Positions 9,188 through 17,558 of a stretch of DNA of 64,000 nt are shown here, one piece after another (position 1 is the stretch's first letter; the number at the start of each line of letters is the position of its first letter). The position numbers and the translations under genes were made by a program. The notes under the pieces were generated by a model. It saw nothing but the letters and a program-made list of their open reading frames with translations. It was not told the origin of the DNA and searched no databases. Origin of the DNA: Candidatus Eiseniibacteriota bacterium (GTDB lineage Bacteria; Eisenbacteria; RBG-16-71-46; JABDJR01); assembly GCA_942491735.1 (NCBI GenBank), contig CALOCN010000014.1, forward strand, positions 3,215,573-3,279,572, given 5' to 3'.

Positions 9188-9221
9188 CACGATCCGGGGC
9201 CCGGCAGGACCCCGGATCGTG
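9188..9221 (-). terminator. stem-loop (probable terminator) downstream of 9234-9914
   Basis: Perfect 12-bp inverted repeat CACGATCCGGGG...CCCCGGATCGTG, 13 nt after the stop at 9234. There is no clear U-tract, and TGGTATACT follows it immediately. Confidence 0.55.
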
Positions 9222-9233
9222 TAACTCCTTAAG

Positions 9234-9914
9234 CTACTGGCACGTGCAGCTGGTTCCAGCCACGATGTATCCAGTCAGAACCACGGCGTCCGGCAGGGCG
9301 ACGGGGTCCGTGAACGGAGCGGTCATCTTGGAGCAGAGATCCGTGAGACCGAGGGCGATGTTCCCGGTGTGCGACACCGCGTCGGAGAGACCGACATCGG
9401 TGACACCGCCGCCACCCTGAGGGTCGCAGTTGTCAGCACCAGCAGCGATGGGACGGAGCCCAGCGGTGCTGACGATATCCGGGGAGTTGATCACGACGTT
9501 GTCGAGAACGACGCCATCGGCGCGAACCTCGACCACCCAGTTCTCACCCAGGCTCTCGGTCGGAATGCAACCGCCGCCCGCGATGAAGAAGGTGACGTTG
9601 CCGCCCGCGTTGGTGTTGCCCGAGGCGATGAGGTAGGAACCGTCGTCACCATCGGGGCCGGCGCGGAGCTGACCAACGCAGTAGGCCAGGAGATCGTCGT
9701 TCAGGCCACCGACGTGGACCGAGACGAAGGCACCATTGATGGGGCCGCCCTGACCCTGGACATTGACCGTGAAGCCGAACGAGGCATCAGGGGTCACCGT
9801 CATGACGTCGGGCACGTTGCTGAGTTCGGGAACGGGGAAGTTGGCGAGGGCCCCAGCCGCACAGAAGGCGCTGAGCGCCGCGGCGACGAGGCTGATACGA
9901 AGGAAACGAGCCAT
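9234..9914 (-). CDS. secreted hypothetical protein with C-terminal Cys cluster
   Basis: ATG at 9914 (MARFLRISLVAAALSAFCAAGALA/NFP) is preceded by GGAGG. It is Gly/Asp/Val-rich, ends in SCTCQ, and matches no family I recognise. Many T-ending codons (GGT, GCT, GTT, ACT, GAT) contrast with neighbouring genes. Confidence 0.8.
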   Translation of the reverse strand: MARFLRISLVAAALSAFCAAGALANFPVPELSNVPDVMTVTPDASFGFTVNVQGQGGPINGAFVSVHVGGLNDDLLAYCVGQLRAGPDGDDGSYLIASGNTNAGGNVTFFIAGGGCIPTESLGENWVVEVRADGVVLDNVVINSPDIVSTAGLRPIAAGADNCDPQGGGGVTDVGLSDAVSHTGNIALGLTDLCSKMTAPFTDPVALPDAVVLTGYIVAGTSCTCQ

Positions 9915-10045
9915 GGATGCACCTCCACTAGAGAGTCTACAGCGATGTCCGGAGAGCCCGGACCAGGTTGACTTCGAGTGACCTTTAGGAAGAAAGCCCC
10001 AAAGGTCGGACAAATCGTCCTCCGGGGAACCTCCAGACGAAGAGA

Positions 10046-10074
10046 AGTATAGGAACCGATCCGCCGAATGTCAA
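10046..10074 (-). promoter_or_regulatory. near-consensus sigma70-type promoter for 9234-9914
   Basis: Minus strand reads TTGACA (10074-10069), a 17-nt spacer, then TATACT (10051-10046). This implies a leader of roughly 120 nt that contains a GTCCGG-gctct-CCGGAC hairpin. Confidence 0.55.
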
Positions 10075-10271
10075 GGAATGTTTAAGAACGTGAAAAGTCT
10101 GTGAATTCCCACCCCCCCGGAACGGCTCGTCGCGCGGTGGGTCTTTCCTGCCAATTGGTTCAGGTATCGGCAGTAATGGGCGTTTCTGCATTCGAAACGG
10201 GCTTCCAGGTACGGCGGTATCATGGACGGGTTCCGATATTCCGGAAACAGCAACTCGACCCGGGGGATCGG

Positions 10272-10348
10272 TGGTGGGCGAAACAGGGTTCGAACCTGTG
10301 ACCTCTTGCGTGTAAGGCAAGCGCTCTAACCAGCTGAGCTATTCGCCC
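10272..10348 (-). tRNA. tRNA-Val (anticodon TAC)
   Basis: Cloverleaf read by hand. Acceptor GGGCGAA/TTCGCCC, D-stem GCTC/GAGC, anticodon arm CTTGC-CTTACAC-GCAAG, T-arm ACAGG-TTCGAAC-CCTGT, discriminator A, and an encoded CCA. Confidence 0.95.
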
Positions 10349-10617
10349 GGGGAAATCTCAACCGGCACCTGGCCCCGCCCCGCGGCCAGGCCGTAGGGCA
10401 CCAGGACGCAGTATCCGGTCACTAGGAGAATGGGCGCGGCAGTGATGGACCCGCCGGCCAGGAGGATGAACCCGGCCACAATGCAGACCAGGGCCGCACC
10501 CAGGGCAATGAGGTTCTTGCGACCAAATCGCAGGTCGCTCTCCGAGACCCTGCCCTGGCGTGGTTTGGGAGCACGGGTGGCTCGGGGCTTGCTCTTGGCG
10601 CTATCGCTTGCCGACAT
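10339..10617 (-). CDS. small two-TM membrane protein (DUF3098-like)
   Basis: ATG at 10617 with AGGAG 6 nt upstream. It has a basic N-terminus, then FGRKNLIALGAALVCIVAGFILLAGG and a second hydrophobic helix. This pattern matches what I recall for DUF3098. The last two sense codons and the TAG stop lie inside the tRNA-Val 5' end. Confidence 0.6.
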   Translation of the reverse strand: MSASDSAKSKPRATRAPKPRQGRVSESDLRFGRKNLIALGAALVCIVAGFILLAGGSITAAPILLVTGYCVLVPYGLAAGRGQVPVEISPGE

Positions 10618-10656
10618 CGTGAACTCCTGACACGTTGACCCCAACCAGTTACGACC

Positions 10657-11661
10657 CTAGGGAGAGCCCGGACGCGGGCCGTTGCGAACCTGGCGAATAT
10701 TCAGCAGGTGAGCCCCGTAGGTCTTCGCGAAGAGATGGGAACCATCTCCCCTCGCCACGAAGTACAGATCCTGACACGACTCCAGGGGCCAGAGCACCGC
10801 CCGGAGGGAGGCCGCGCCCGGATTCCCGATGGGCCCCGGCGGCAGCCCGGCATGAAGGTACGTATTATAGGGAGAGGCGACCTCCAGGTCATCATACAGC
10901 GTGCGCTTCAAACGCTTCCCCAACGCATAGGAGATGGTGGGGTCCGCCTGGAGAGGCATCCCCAACTCGAGACGATTGAGATACACCGCGGCAATGCGGG
11001 GGCGCTCCGCGCCCACCTGGGCCTCCGCCTCCACGATCGAGGCCAGGGTCGTCACCTCGTGTCGCGACAGCCCGATGTCCCGGGCCCGCTCGGCCATCTC
11101 GGGGGTCCAGGTCGCAAGAAAGGTGCGCACCATGACCGCGACCAGGTCCCGGGCCGGGATGTCCCTCACGAACCGGTAGGTGTCCGGAAAGAGATAGCCT
11201 TCGGCGGTGGGGGCAGGGATCCCGAAACCGGCCAGGAAAGCCGAATCCTGCGCCGCCTCCATGAAGGCCTCCGCTCCCCCCTCGACCAGCGACCCCACCA
11301 CCTGCGGGATTTCAGCCAACCAGGTCCCCTCCACCACGGTGATCGTGGTGTCCACGACATCGCCGGCCTCGAGGCGATCCAGGATCTCCCAGGCCCAGAG
11401 GTCGGATCCCAGGTGATACGGGCCGGCCTGGAGCGCGCTCGCCTGGCCCCGAAGAATGGCCAGGGCCATGAACGTGCGGGGCTCACGCACCAACCCCAGC
11501 CGGTGCAGCGACCCGGCGATGTCCCGCAGGCTCTCTCCCCGGGCCACCTCGAATCCCACCTGGTAGGGGTCCCGGCGCTGGACGGGAGACAGGAGCGTGA
11601 CCAGGGTCGCCCCGCCCAGGATCATCAGCAGCAGGAACGCCCCCAGGGACCTACGCATCAT
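10657..11661 (-). CDS. mltG: endolytic murein transglycosylase MltG (YceG family)
   Basis: MMRRSLGAFLLLMILGG membrane anchor. Conserved C-terminal block YLNRLELGMPLQADPTISYALGK...SPYNTYLHAGLPPGPIGNPG. The start ATG at 11661/11658 overlaps the ruvX stop. Confidence 0.9.
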   Translation of the reverse strand: MMRRSLGAFLLLMILGGATLVTLLSPVQRRDPYQVGFEVARGESLRDIAGSLHRLGLVREPRTFMALAILRGQASALQAGPYHLGSDLWAWEILDRLEAGDVVDTTITVVEGTWLAEIPQVVGSLVEGGAEAFMEAAQDSAFLAGFGIPAPTAEGYLFPDTYRFVRDIPARDLVAVMVRTFLATWTPEMAERARDIGLSRHEVTTLASIVEAEAQVGAERPRIAAVYLNRLELGMPLQADPTISYALGKRLKRTLYDDLEVASPYNTYLHAGLPPGPIGNPGAASLRAVLWPLESCQDLYFVARGDGSHLFAKTYGAHLLNIRQVRNGPRPGSP

Positions 11662-12082
11662 GGCTTGGCCGGTCTCTCTGTTCGAGGAAGGCTTCCAGGA
11701 TGAGCAGGGCGGCCATGCGGTCCACATCGCCCCGGCTCGGTCGGCGATGCCCCCGTTCCCGCAGGCGTTCCGTGGCGTCCTCGGAGGTCCAGCGTTCGTC
11801 CTGGTAGCTCACGGAAAACCCCTTCCCCTCCAGATCCCGCCCCACGCGGCGCACCCGTTCGGCGCTCTCGGAGGGCGAGCCCGAGGCGTTCAGGGGAAGA
11901 CCCAGGACGATCAAGGTGGACCGCTCCGCCTTGGCCGTCGCGGCGATGACCTCCACCGCCTGGCGCCGGCTGGTCACCGTCCGGGTGGGCAGCGAACGAC
12001 CCAACCCGGCCTCGCCCGCGCTGATCGCGAATCCCACCCGGCGCGCGCCCCAATCCACGGCAAGGACGGTGTCAGGCACCAC
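11651..12082 (-). CDS. ruvX: Holliday-junction-resolvase-like nuclease RuvX/YqgF
   Basis: VLAVDWGARRVGFAIS N-terminal motif, LIVLGLPLN, and DERWTS...DAMAA-type C-terminus (DRMAALLILEAFL). The GTG start overlaps the upstream stop. Confidence 0.85.
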   Translation of the reverse strand: MVPDTVLAVDWGARRVGFAISAGEAGLGRSLPTRTVTSRRQAVEVIAATAKAERSTLIVLGLPLNASGSPSESAERVRRVGRDLEGKGFSVSYQDERWTSEDATERLRERGHRRPSRGDVDRMAALLILEAFLEQRDRPSHDA

Positions 12083-12524
12083 CCTCTTCGCTCTCCTCGA
12101 TGGGTGCGCTCCGTCGCTTGACCATGCGAACCGTGGTCCCGCCCTCGGTGTCGAACGTGATCTCGTCCATCATGGAACGCATGAGGAACAGGCCCCGCCC
12201 CCGCGTCGCCATGAGATCCGGCGGAGAGGTGCCTTCGTCCGGTTCGGGGGCATAGCCCTGTCCCCCATCGCTCACCGTGACGACCAGGCAGTCCTTGGCC
12301 ATCTCGAAAACCAGTTTGATCGTGGTGTTGGGATCGGCGTGGTTCCCGTGCTGGATGGCGTTCGTACACGCTTCCACCACGCAGATCCCCACCGAGTCCC
12401 GGTCGGTGTCCTCGAAGCCCAGGAACTCGCTCACCCCGTCGGCCAGTTTGTCGACGACCCCCAGCAGTTCCAGACGGCTTGGCAGATCCAATTCCAGACG
12501 GTTTCCTGTGTTGGTATCCGTCAT
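12072..12524 (-). CDS. anti-sigma regulatory factor, RsbW/SpoIIAB-like Ser kinase (HATPase)
   Basis: N-box EACTNAIQHGN and G-box DGGQGY...TRGRGLFLMRSMMD. I chose ATG at 12524, 4 nt after the STAS stop. An upstream ATG at 12557 is an alternative. Confidence 0.75.
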   Translation of the reverse strand: MTDTNTGNRLELDLPSRLELLGVVDKLADGVSEFLGFEDTDRDSVGICVVEACTNAIQHGNHADPNTTIKLVFEMAKDCLVVTVSDGGQGYAPEPDEGTSPPDLMATRGRGLFLMRSMMDEITFDTEGGTTVRMVKRRSAPIEESEEGGA

Positions 12525-12528
12525 GACA

Positions 12529-12864
12529 TCAGAAGCTGGCCAGAGCCCGTGATTCATCCTCGAACGTCTCGAAGATCGTATGCAGCTTGGTCACGATGAG
12601 GATCTGATCGATCCGTTTGTTCACGTTGACCAGCTTGAGGCTTCCGCCCGAGTTCTTGAGGGTGGTGTACCCGGAAATGAGGATCCCCAGACCGGTCGAG
12701 TTGACCCAGGACACCTTGCCCAGGTCCACGAGCACCTTGATCTGGTCCTCGGCCACCAGTCCCTTGACCAGCCCCTGGAACTCTTCCGCGTCGGGGCCAC
12801 CCATCAACTTCCCTTCCAGACGGAGGATGGCCACCCCTCCCTGGTCGTCTCGCTTGATCTTCAT
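12529..12864 (-). CDS. STAS-domain anti-sigma-factor antagonist
   Basis: ATG at 12864 is preceded by GGAGGAATA. ILRLEGKLMG...VLVDLGKVSWVNSTGLGILIS carries the conserved phosphorylatable-Ser context (NSTGLG) of SpoIIAA/RsbV-type proteins. Confidence 0.85.
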   Translation of the reverse strand: MKIKRDDQGGVAILRLEGKLMGGPDAEEFQGLVKGLVAEDQIKVLVDLGKVSWVNSTGLGILISGYTTLKNSGGSLKLVNVNKRIDQILIVTKLHTIFETFEDESRALASF

Positions 12865-13838
12865 TATTCCTCCTGTAAACCCATGGTCAGGACGCTCTCG
12901 GGTACACCGAGCGCTTCCGCCGCCTTCCGAATGTCCCCAGGCAGGCGACTGGTGAACTGCACCGGCTTCCCGGTCGTCGGATGCACGAACCCCAGGCGCC
13001 ATGCATGCAACGCTTGTCGATCCAGGGCAGCCAAGGCTGCCAGGACCCCTTCGCGACGTGCTCCGGTCAATCCCGAGGCCCGCTTGCCCCGGCCTCCGTA
13101 CTCCGGATCCGCGACCACCGGATGCCCCACATGCTTGAAGTGGGCACGAATCTGATGGGTCCGTCCGGTCTCCAGGGCCAGGGTGACGACGCTCACGTCC
13201 TCACCGCGCCAAAGGACGGTATAGCGGGTCGCGGCCCGTCGTCCACCCCGAGTGACCACCCGCATCCGGCGGCGATCGGCCCGACTGCGGGCCAGCATGC
13301 CCACGATTCTACCCTGATCCTCCTCCGGAGCACCCCAGACCAATGCCCAATAGCGCCGTTCCATGTCCCGGGCTTCCAGCTGCCGGGCCAGATCCACGTG
13401 GGCCGCCTCGGTCTTGGCCACCACCAGCAACCCGGTCGTCCCCTTGTCCAACCGGTGCACGATTCCGGGGCGAAACGGGGCCCCGAGGGGGCTCAGCGGG
13501 GTGCCGCGACCCAGGAGCGCGTTGACCAGGGTGCCGTCGGGGCGTCCCGCACCGGGGTGCACCACCAGGTCCGCCGGCTTGTCGATGACCAGCAGGTCGT
13601 CGTCCTCGAAGACCACGTCGAGGGGAATGTCCTGCGGCTCGGGCAGCTCCGAGACGGGATCGGGAATCTCCACCGCGATCTCGTCCCCCTCGCGAATCGA
13701 GTGGCCCGCCTTGGCCGGCGCTCTGGCGAGGGTGACCGCGCCCGCTTCGACCAGCCGCTTGATCTGGGAACGGGAGCGCCCGTCCAGGGTCGCCTCCAGG
13801 AACCGGTCCAGCCGCTGGCCGGCTTCAGCGATCGTCAC
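12864..13838 (-). CDS. rluD: RluA-family 23S rRNA pseudouridine synthase (RluD-like)
   Basis: S4-like N-terminus (GQRLDRFLEATL...SRSQIKRLVEAGAVTL) and catalytic HRLDKGTTGLLVVAKT. The start is uncertain. I chose GTG at 13838 because the track start at 13967 would overlap lspA by more than 140 nt with an Arg/Pro/Trp-rich extension. Confidence 0.85.
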   Translation of the reverse strand: MTIAEAGQRLDRFLEATLDGRSRSQIKRLVEAGAVTLARAPAKAGHSIREGDEIAVEIPDPVSELPEPQDIPLDVVFEDDDLLVIDKPADLVVHPGAGRPDGTLVNALLGRGTPLSPLGAPFRPGIVHRLDKGTTGLLVVAKTEAAHVDLARQLEARDMERRYWALVWGAPEEDQGRIVGMLARSRADRRRMRVVTRGGRRAATRYTVLWRGEDVSVVTLALETGRTHQIRAHFKHVGHPVVADPEYGGRGKRASGLTGARREGVLAALAALDRQALHAWRLGFVHPTTGKPVQFTSRLPGDIRKAAEALGVPESVLTMGLQEE

Positions 13839-14385
13839 GCGGTGCTGCCACCGAGGCAATCCGCTCCTCCCCGGAATCCGCTTCCGGTTTCCCCGTGGGG
13901 GGATCGTTCCCGTCGGCGGTGACCGCGCGCTCCCCGACCACCAGGCCCAGGGCCAGCCAGAGAACACCCACGCTCACCGCGGAGTCCGCCACGTTGAACA
14001 CCGGCCAGTAGGTGTCCGGGGGAATCCCCACCTGGATGAAGTCCACCACCTCGCCCAGGCGCACCCGGTCGACCAGGTTTCCCAGGGCGCCCCCCAGGAT
14101 GAGCCCCAACGGCAACACGCCGGCCAGTCGCCCCGGGCGCCGCCAGGCAATCCACACCACGATGATCACCGCGATGACCGAGACCGCGACCAGGGGGACC
14201 CGACTTCCGGGAAACAGGCCGAAGGCGGCCCCCGGGTTGTGGATGTAGGTAAGCCGGATCCAATCCCCCACCACCTGCTTCACCTGATGCAGATGCATGG
14301 TGTCGACGATGATGCGTTTGGTCACGAGGTCGGCCACGAAGACCAGGGCGGCGGTGATGAGAAACGCGATGCGATGCGTGGTCAG
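13825..14385 (-). CDS. lspA: lipoprotein signal peptidase II
   Basis: Motifs DLVTKR, IHNPGAAFGLF, GGALGNLVDR and FNVADSAVSVG. The track's GTG start at 14337 would remove the first TM helix (RIAFLITAALVFV). The frame stays open upstream to a CTG at 14385 that overlaps the ileS stop (CTGA), so I propose the longer model. The start is uncertain. Confidence 0.8.
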   Translation of the reverse strand: MTTHRIAFLITAALVFVADLVTKRIIVDTMHLHQVKQVVGDWIRLTYIHNPGAAFGLFPGSRVPLVAVSVIAVIIVVWIAWRRPGRLAGVLPLGLILGGALGNLVDRVRLGEVVDFIQVGIPPDTYWPVFNVADSAVSVGVLWLALGLVVGERAVTADGNDPPTGKPEADSGEERIASVAAPRDDR

Positions 14386-17300
14386 GGGGTGTTCCTCTCT
14401 GCATGAAGCGCGTTCATGGCAACGGTCATGTTCCGGCCGTCCCCGAGGTCCATCGGGACGCCCTCGGAGGGTGCCTCACCCGGGCCCGGCACGATACGAA
14501 ACGACTCGGCGAGCAGTTCCTCGGCCATGAACGGGATGTAGGGATCCAGGTCCTCGGCCAGGTCCTGCGGTGTGTACAGGGTCAGCGAGACCCGATCCGT
14601 GATGGCCAGCCCCTGGTCCTTGCGCAGGTTCTGCAACCGGTGCAGGGCCTCCCGCATCCGCCCTTCCCGTTCCAGCTCCCCGTCCAGGGTGATGTCCAGG
14701 GCAACCCGGATCCCCTTGTCCTCGGACAGCACGAATCCCTCCCGGGCCGTGGTCTCGACCGACACCTCGTCCCCGCTCACCACGACCGGATCCCCCCCCT
14801 GGGGGGTGACCTCCCACGATCCAGCGGCACGCCCGGCGGCAACCGACGCGGCATCCAGGGCCTTGACCGCGGTCGCCACCGCGTTGACCCCTCCACCGAA
14901 CCGGGGACCCAGCACCTTGAAGTTGGGCACCAGCCGGGCGGTCTCGATCGCGTCCGGCGCGGAGACGCGCAGTTCCTTCACGTTGAGTTCATCGGTGACG
15001 ATGGCGGTGATGTCCGCGGGCAGTTCGGTGGCGTCCTCGGCCAGCAACAACAGACGGGCCAGGGGCTGCCGCACGCGCAGACCGGCCAGGGTCCGCGCGG
15101 CACGCCCCAGTTCGGTCACGGTGAGCGCGCCGGCCATGGCGGTCTCGAGGTCCATGTCCCGTCGGGACCCGTCCGGATCCGGGTACAGGGTCAGGTGGAC
15201 GCTGTCCGGTGCCCCCTCCACCCGCGAGACGACCAGGGTCCGATGCAGGGTCTCGGCCAGGAACGGGGCGATGGGCGCCATGAGCCGCGAGCAGGTGGTC
15301 AACACCTCGAACAGGGTGGCGTAGGCCGCTTCCTTGTCCGGCCCCAGCTCCCCCTTCCAGAACCGGCGGCGGTTGCGGCGCACGTACCAGTTGCTCACCT
15401 CGTCCTGGACAAAGGCGTTGAAGGCCCGCGCGGCCCGGGGAATCCGGAAGGCTTCCAGGTCGTCGTGCATGGCGCGGGACACCGCGTCCAGGCGGGAAAG
15501 GATCCAGCGATCCAGCACCGGGCGCTCGGCAAGGGGGGGTGGATTCCCGGGGGGAGTCCACCCGTCGGCGTTGGCGTACCCGGTGAAGAAGGCGACCACG
15601 TTGCGCAGCGTCCCGAACAGCTTGCGGGAGATCTCGGCCACGCCGTCGACGGAAAAGCGGATGGTGTTCCAGGGGGAGGAAACCCCCACCAGGTACCAAC
15701 GCAGCGCATCGGCGCCCTCGCGTCCCAGCACCTCCCAGGGGTCCACCACGTTGCCCAACCGCTTGGACATCTTGCGCCCCTCCGCGTCCAGGAGCAGCCC
15801 GTTGCTGAGCACGTTGCGATAGGGCGCACAGCCGCGGGTCTGCACCGATACCGCCATCAGGGAGTAGAACCAACCCCGGCTCTGATCGATCCCCTCGCAG
15901 ATGAAGTCGGCCGGGAACTGTTGGGCGAAGGTCTCGTCGTTCTCGAACGGTGCGTGCCATTGGGCGTAGGGCATGGAACCGGAATCGAACCAGACGTCCA
16001 GGACCTGGGACACCCGGCGCATCGTGCCTCCCGCGCAGTCCCGGCAGGGAAAGGTCACCTCGTCCACATAGGGGCGGTGCAGGTCCGAGGGCACCTCCCC
16101 TCCCCGTTCCGCGATCTCGGCGCGGCTCCCGATGGCCACCACGGCCTCGCAGCCGTCGCAGGTCCACAGGGGAAGCGGCGTCCCCCAGTAGCGATCGCGG
16201 GAAATCGCCCAGTCCACGTTGTTCTCGAGCCAGTTCCCGAAACGACTCTCCCCCACTTCGCGCGGCACCCAGTTCACCTTGGCGTTCTCCGCGATCATGG
16301 CGTCCTTGAACGCGGTGGTGCGCAGATACCACGAGCTGCGGGCGTAGTAGATCAGCGCGGAGTCACAGCGCCAGCAGAACGGGTAGTTGTGCTCGTAGCT
16401 TTCCTTGCGGTAGAGGCTACCCTCGGCTCGCAGGAACTTGACGATCTCGGGATCGATCTCCCGCACCCGCTCCCCGGCGAAGTGCGGCACCTCTTGCGTG
16501 AAGCGTCCGCGATCATCGACCGTGTGATGCGCCGGAAGATCCAGCGTCACGCCCAGGGCGTAGTCGTCGGCACCGTACATGACCGCGGTGTGGACCACTC
16601 CGGTTCCGTCCTCGGTGGTCACGAAGTCGGCCGCGGCCAGGTAGTAGGCGTCCTTGCCGGTGATGGCCTTGAGGTCCAGGCCCTTGAGGAGCGGCCGGTA
16701 GCGCCGCCCCGCCAGATCGCTCCCCTTGACGGTCTCCAGGATCTCGAACTCGCCCTGGAGCACCTCCGTGCGCGCCGCGGCCAGGTAGTAGAACGCCTCC
16801 CCTTCGCGCACCTTCACGTAGTCGATATCCGCCCCCACCGCCAGGGCCACGTTGCCGGGCAGGGTCCAGGGAGTGGTGGTCCAGGCGAGGACGTAGGTGT
16901 CCGGTTCGTCGACCAGGGCGAACTTCACCGTGACCGCCGGGTCCTTCACCGTCTTGTAGCCCTGGGAGACCTCGTGATCGCTGAGCGCGGTCTGACAGCG
17001 GGGGCAGTAGGGCAACACCTTGAACCCCGAATAGCCCAGACCGGCGTCCCAGAAGCTCTTGACCCGGGACCACACCGACTCGATGTAGTCGTCCTCGAGG
17101 GTCACGTAGGGATCGTCCAGATCCAGCCAGAAGCCGATCCGCTCGGTCATCCGCTCCCATTCGTCCTTGTACTTGAAGACGCTTTCCCGGCACTTGGCGT
17201 TGAACTCGGCGATGCCGTAGCGCTCGATCTCCTGTTTGCCGTCGATGCCGAGCATCTTCTCGACTTCGATCTCGACCGGGAGACCGTGGGTGTCCCATCC

Positions 17301-17558
17301 CCCCTTGCGACGCACCTGACGTCCCTTCATGGTCCAGAAACGGCAGACCAGGTCCTTGACCGTGCGGGCCAACACGTGGTGCACCCCGGGGCGCCCGTTG
17401 GTGGTGGGAGGGCCCTCGTAGAAGACGTACGGCGTGGCCGGATCCCGCTCGTCGATGGAACGCTGGAAGATGTTCCCGTCCCGCCAGAACGCGAGGATCT
17501 CCTCCTCTTCCTCGGGAGTCGAGGCGCCCAGGCCCGGGAACGGGGCGGGACTGCTCAT
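14382..17558 (-). CDS. ileS: isoleucine--tRNA ligase (long, type-2 form)
   Basis: 1058 aa. HIGH-type motif PPTTNGRPGVHHV and KMSKS motif KMSKRLGNVVDP, with class Ia editing and anticodon-binding regions collinear. ATG at 17558 overlaps the upstream stop (ATGA). Confidence 0.97.
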   Translation of the reverse strand: MSSPAPFPGLGASTPEEEEEILAFWRDGNIFQRSIDERDPATPYVFYEGPPTTNGRPGVHHVLARTVKDLVCRFWTMKGRQVRRKGGWDTHGLPVEIEVEKMLGIDGKQEIERYGIAEFNAKCRESVFKYKDEWERMTERIGFWLDLDDPYVTLEDDYIESVWSRVKSFWDAGLGYSGFKVLPYCPRCQTALSDHEVSQGYKTVKDPAVTVKFALVDEPDTYVLAWTTTPWTLPGNVALAVGADIDYVKVREGEAFYYLAAARTEVLQGEFEILETVKGSDLAGRRYRPLLKGLDLKAITGKDAYYLAAADFVTTEDGTGVVHTAVMYGADDYALGVTLDLPAHHTVDDRGRFTQEVPHFAGERVREIDPEIVKFLRAEGSLYRKESYEHNYPFCWRCDSALIYYARSSWYLRTTAFKDAMIAENAKVNWVPREVGESRFGNWLENNVDWAISRDRYWGTPLPLWTCDGCEAVVAIGSRAEIAERGGEVPSDLHRPYVDEVTFPCRDCAGGTMRRVSQVLDVWFDSGSMPYAQWHAPFENDETFAQQFPADFICEGIDQSRGWFYSLMAVSVQTRGCAPYRNVLSNGLLLDAEGRKMSKRLGNVVDPWEVLGREGADALRWYLVGVSSPWNTIRFSVDGVAEISRKLFGTLRNVVAFFTGYANADGWTPPGNPPPLAERPVLDRWILSRLDAVSRAMHDDLEAFRIPRAARAFNAFVQDEVSNWYVRRNRRRFWKGELGPDKEAAYATLFEVLTTCSRLMAPIAPFLAETLHRTLVVSRVEGAPDSVHLTLYPDPDGSRRDMDLETAMAGALTVTELGRAARTLAGLRVRQPLARLLLLAEDATELPADITAIVTDELNVKELRVSAPDAIETARLVPNFKVLGPRFGGGVNAVATAVKALDAASVAAGRAAGSWEVTPQGGDPVVVSGDEVSVETTAREGFVLSEDKGIRVALDITLDGELEREGRMREALHRLQNLRKDQGLAITDRVSLTLYTPQDLAEDLDPYIPFMAEELLAESFRIVPGPGEAPSEGVPMDLGDGRNMTVAMNALHAERNTP

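Noticed and set aside
10075-10271. Lower-GC ~200-nt spacer downstream of tRNA-Val, including 60-aa ORF 10071-10253 and a GTTTC-gaatgca-GAAAC hairpin, considered as an sRNA, tRNA remnant or small gene
   Set aside because: No cloverleaf can be drawn. The ORF has no SD and an atypical composition. The hairpins are short. There is not enough evidence for any call.
9985-10320. 111-aa minus-strand ORF beginning MPYTQEVTGSNPVSPT
   Set aside because: Its N-terminus is simply the translation of the tRNA-Val T-arm and acceptor region. The remainder crosses the lower-GC spacer and the promoter region of the next gene.
6520-10348. Genomic island integrated at tRNA-Val carrying the secreted-protein genes
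   Set aside because: No integrase, transposase or excisionase is present, and I could not find a direct repeat of the tRNA 3' end by eye. Only the codon-usage shift in two genes hints at anything unusual. I have not called it a mobile element.
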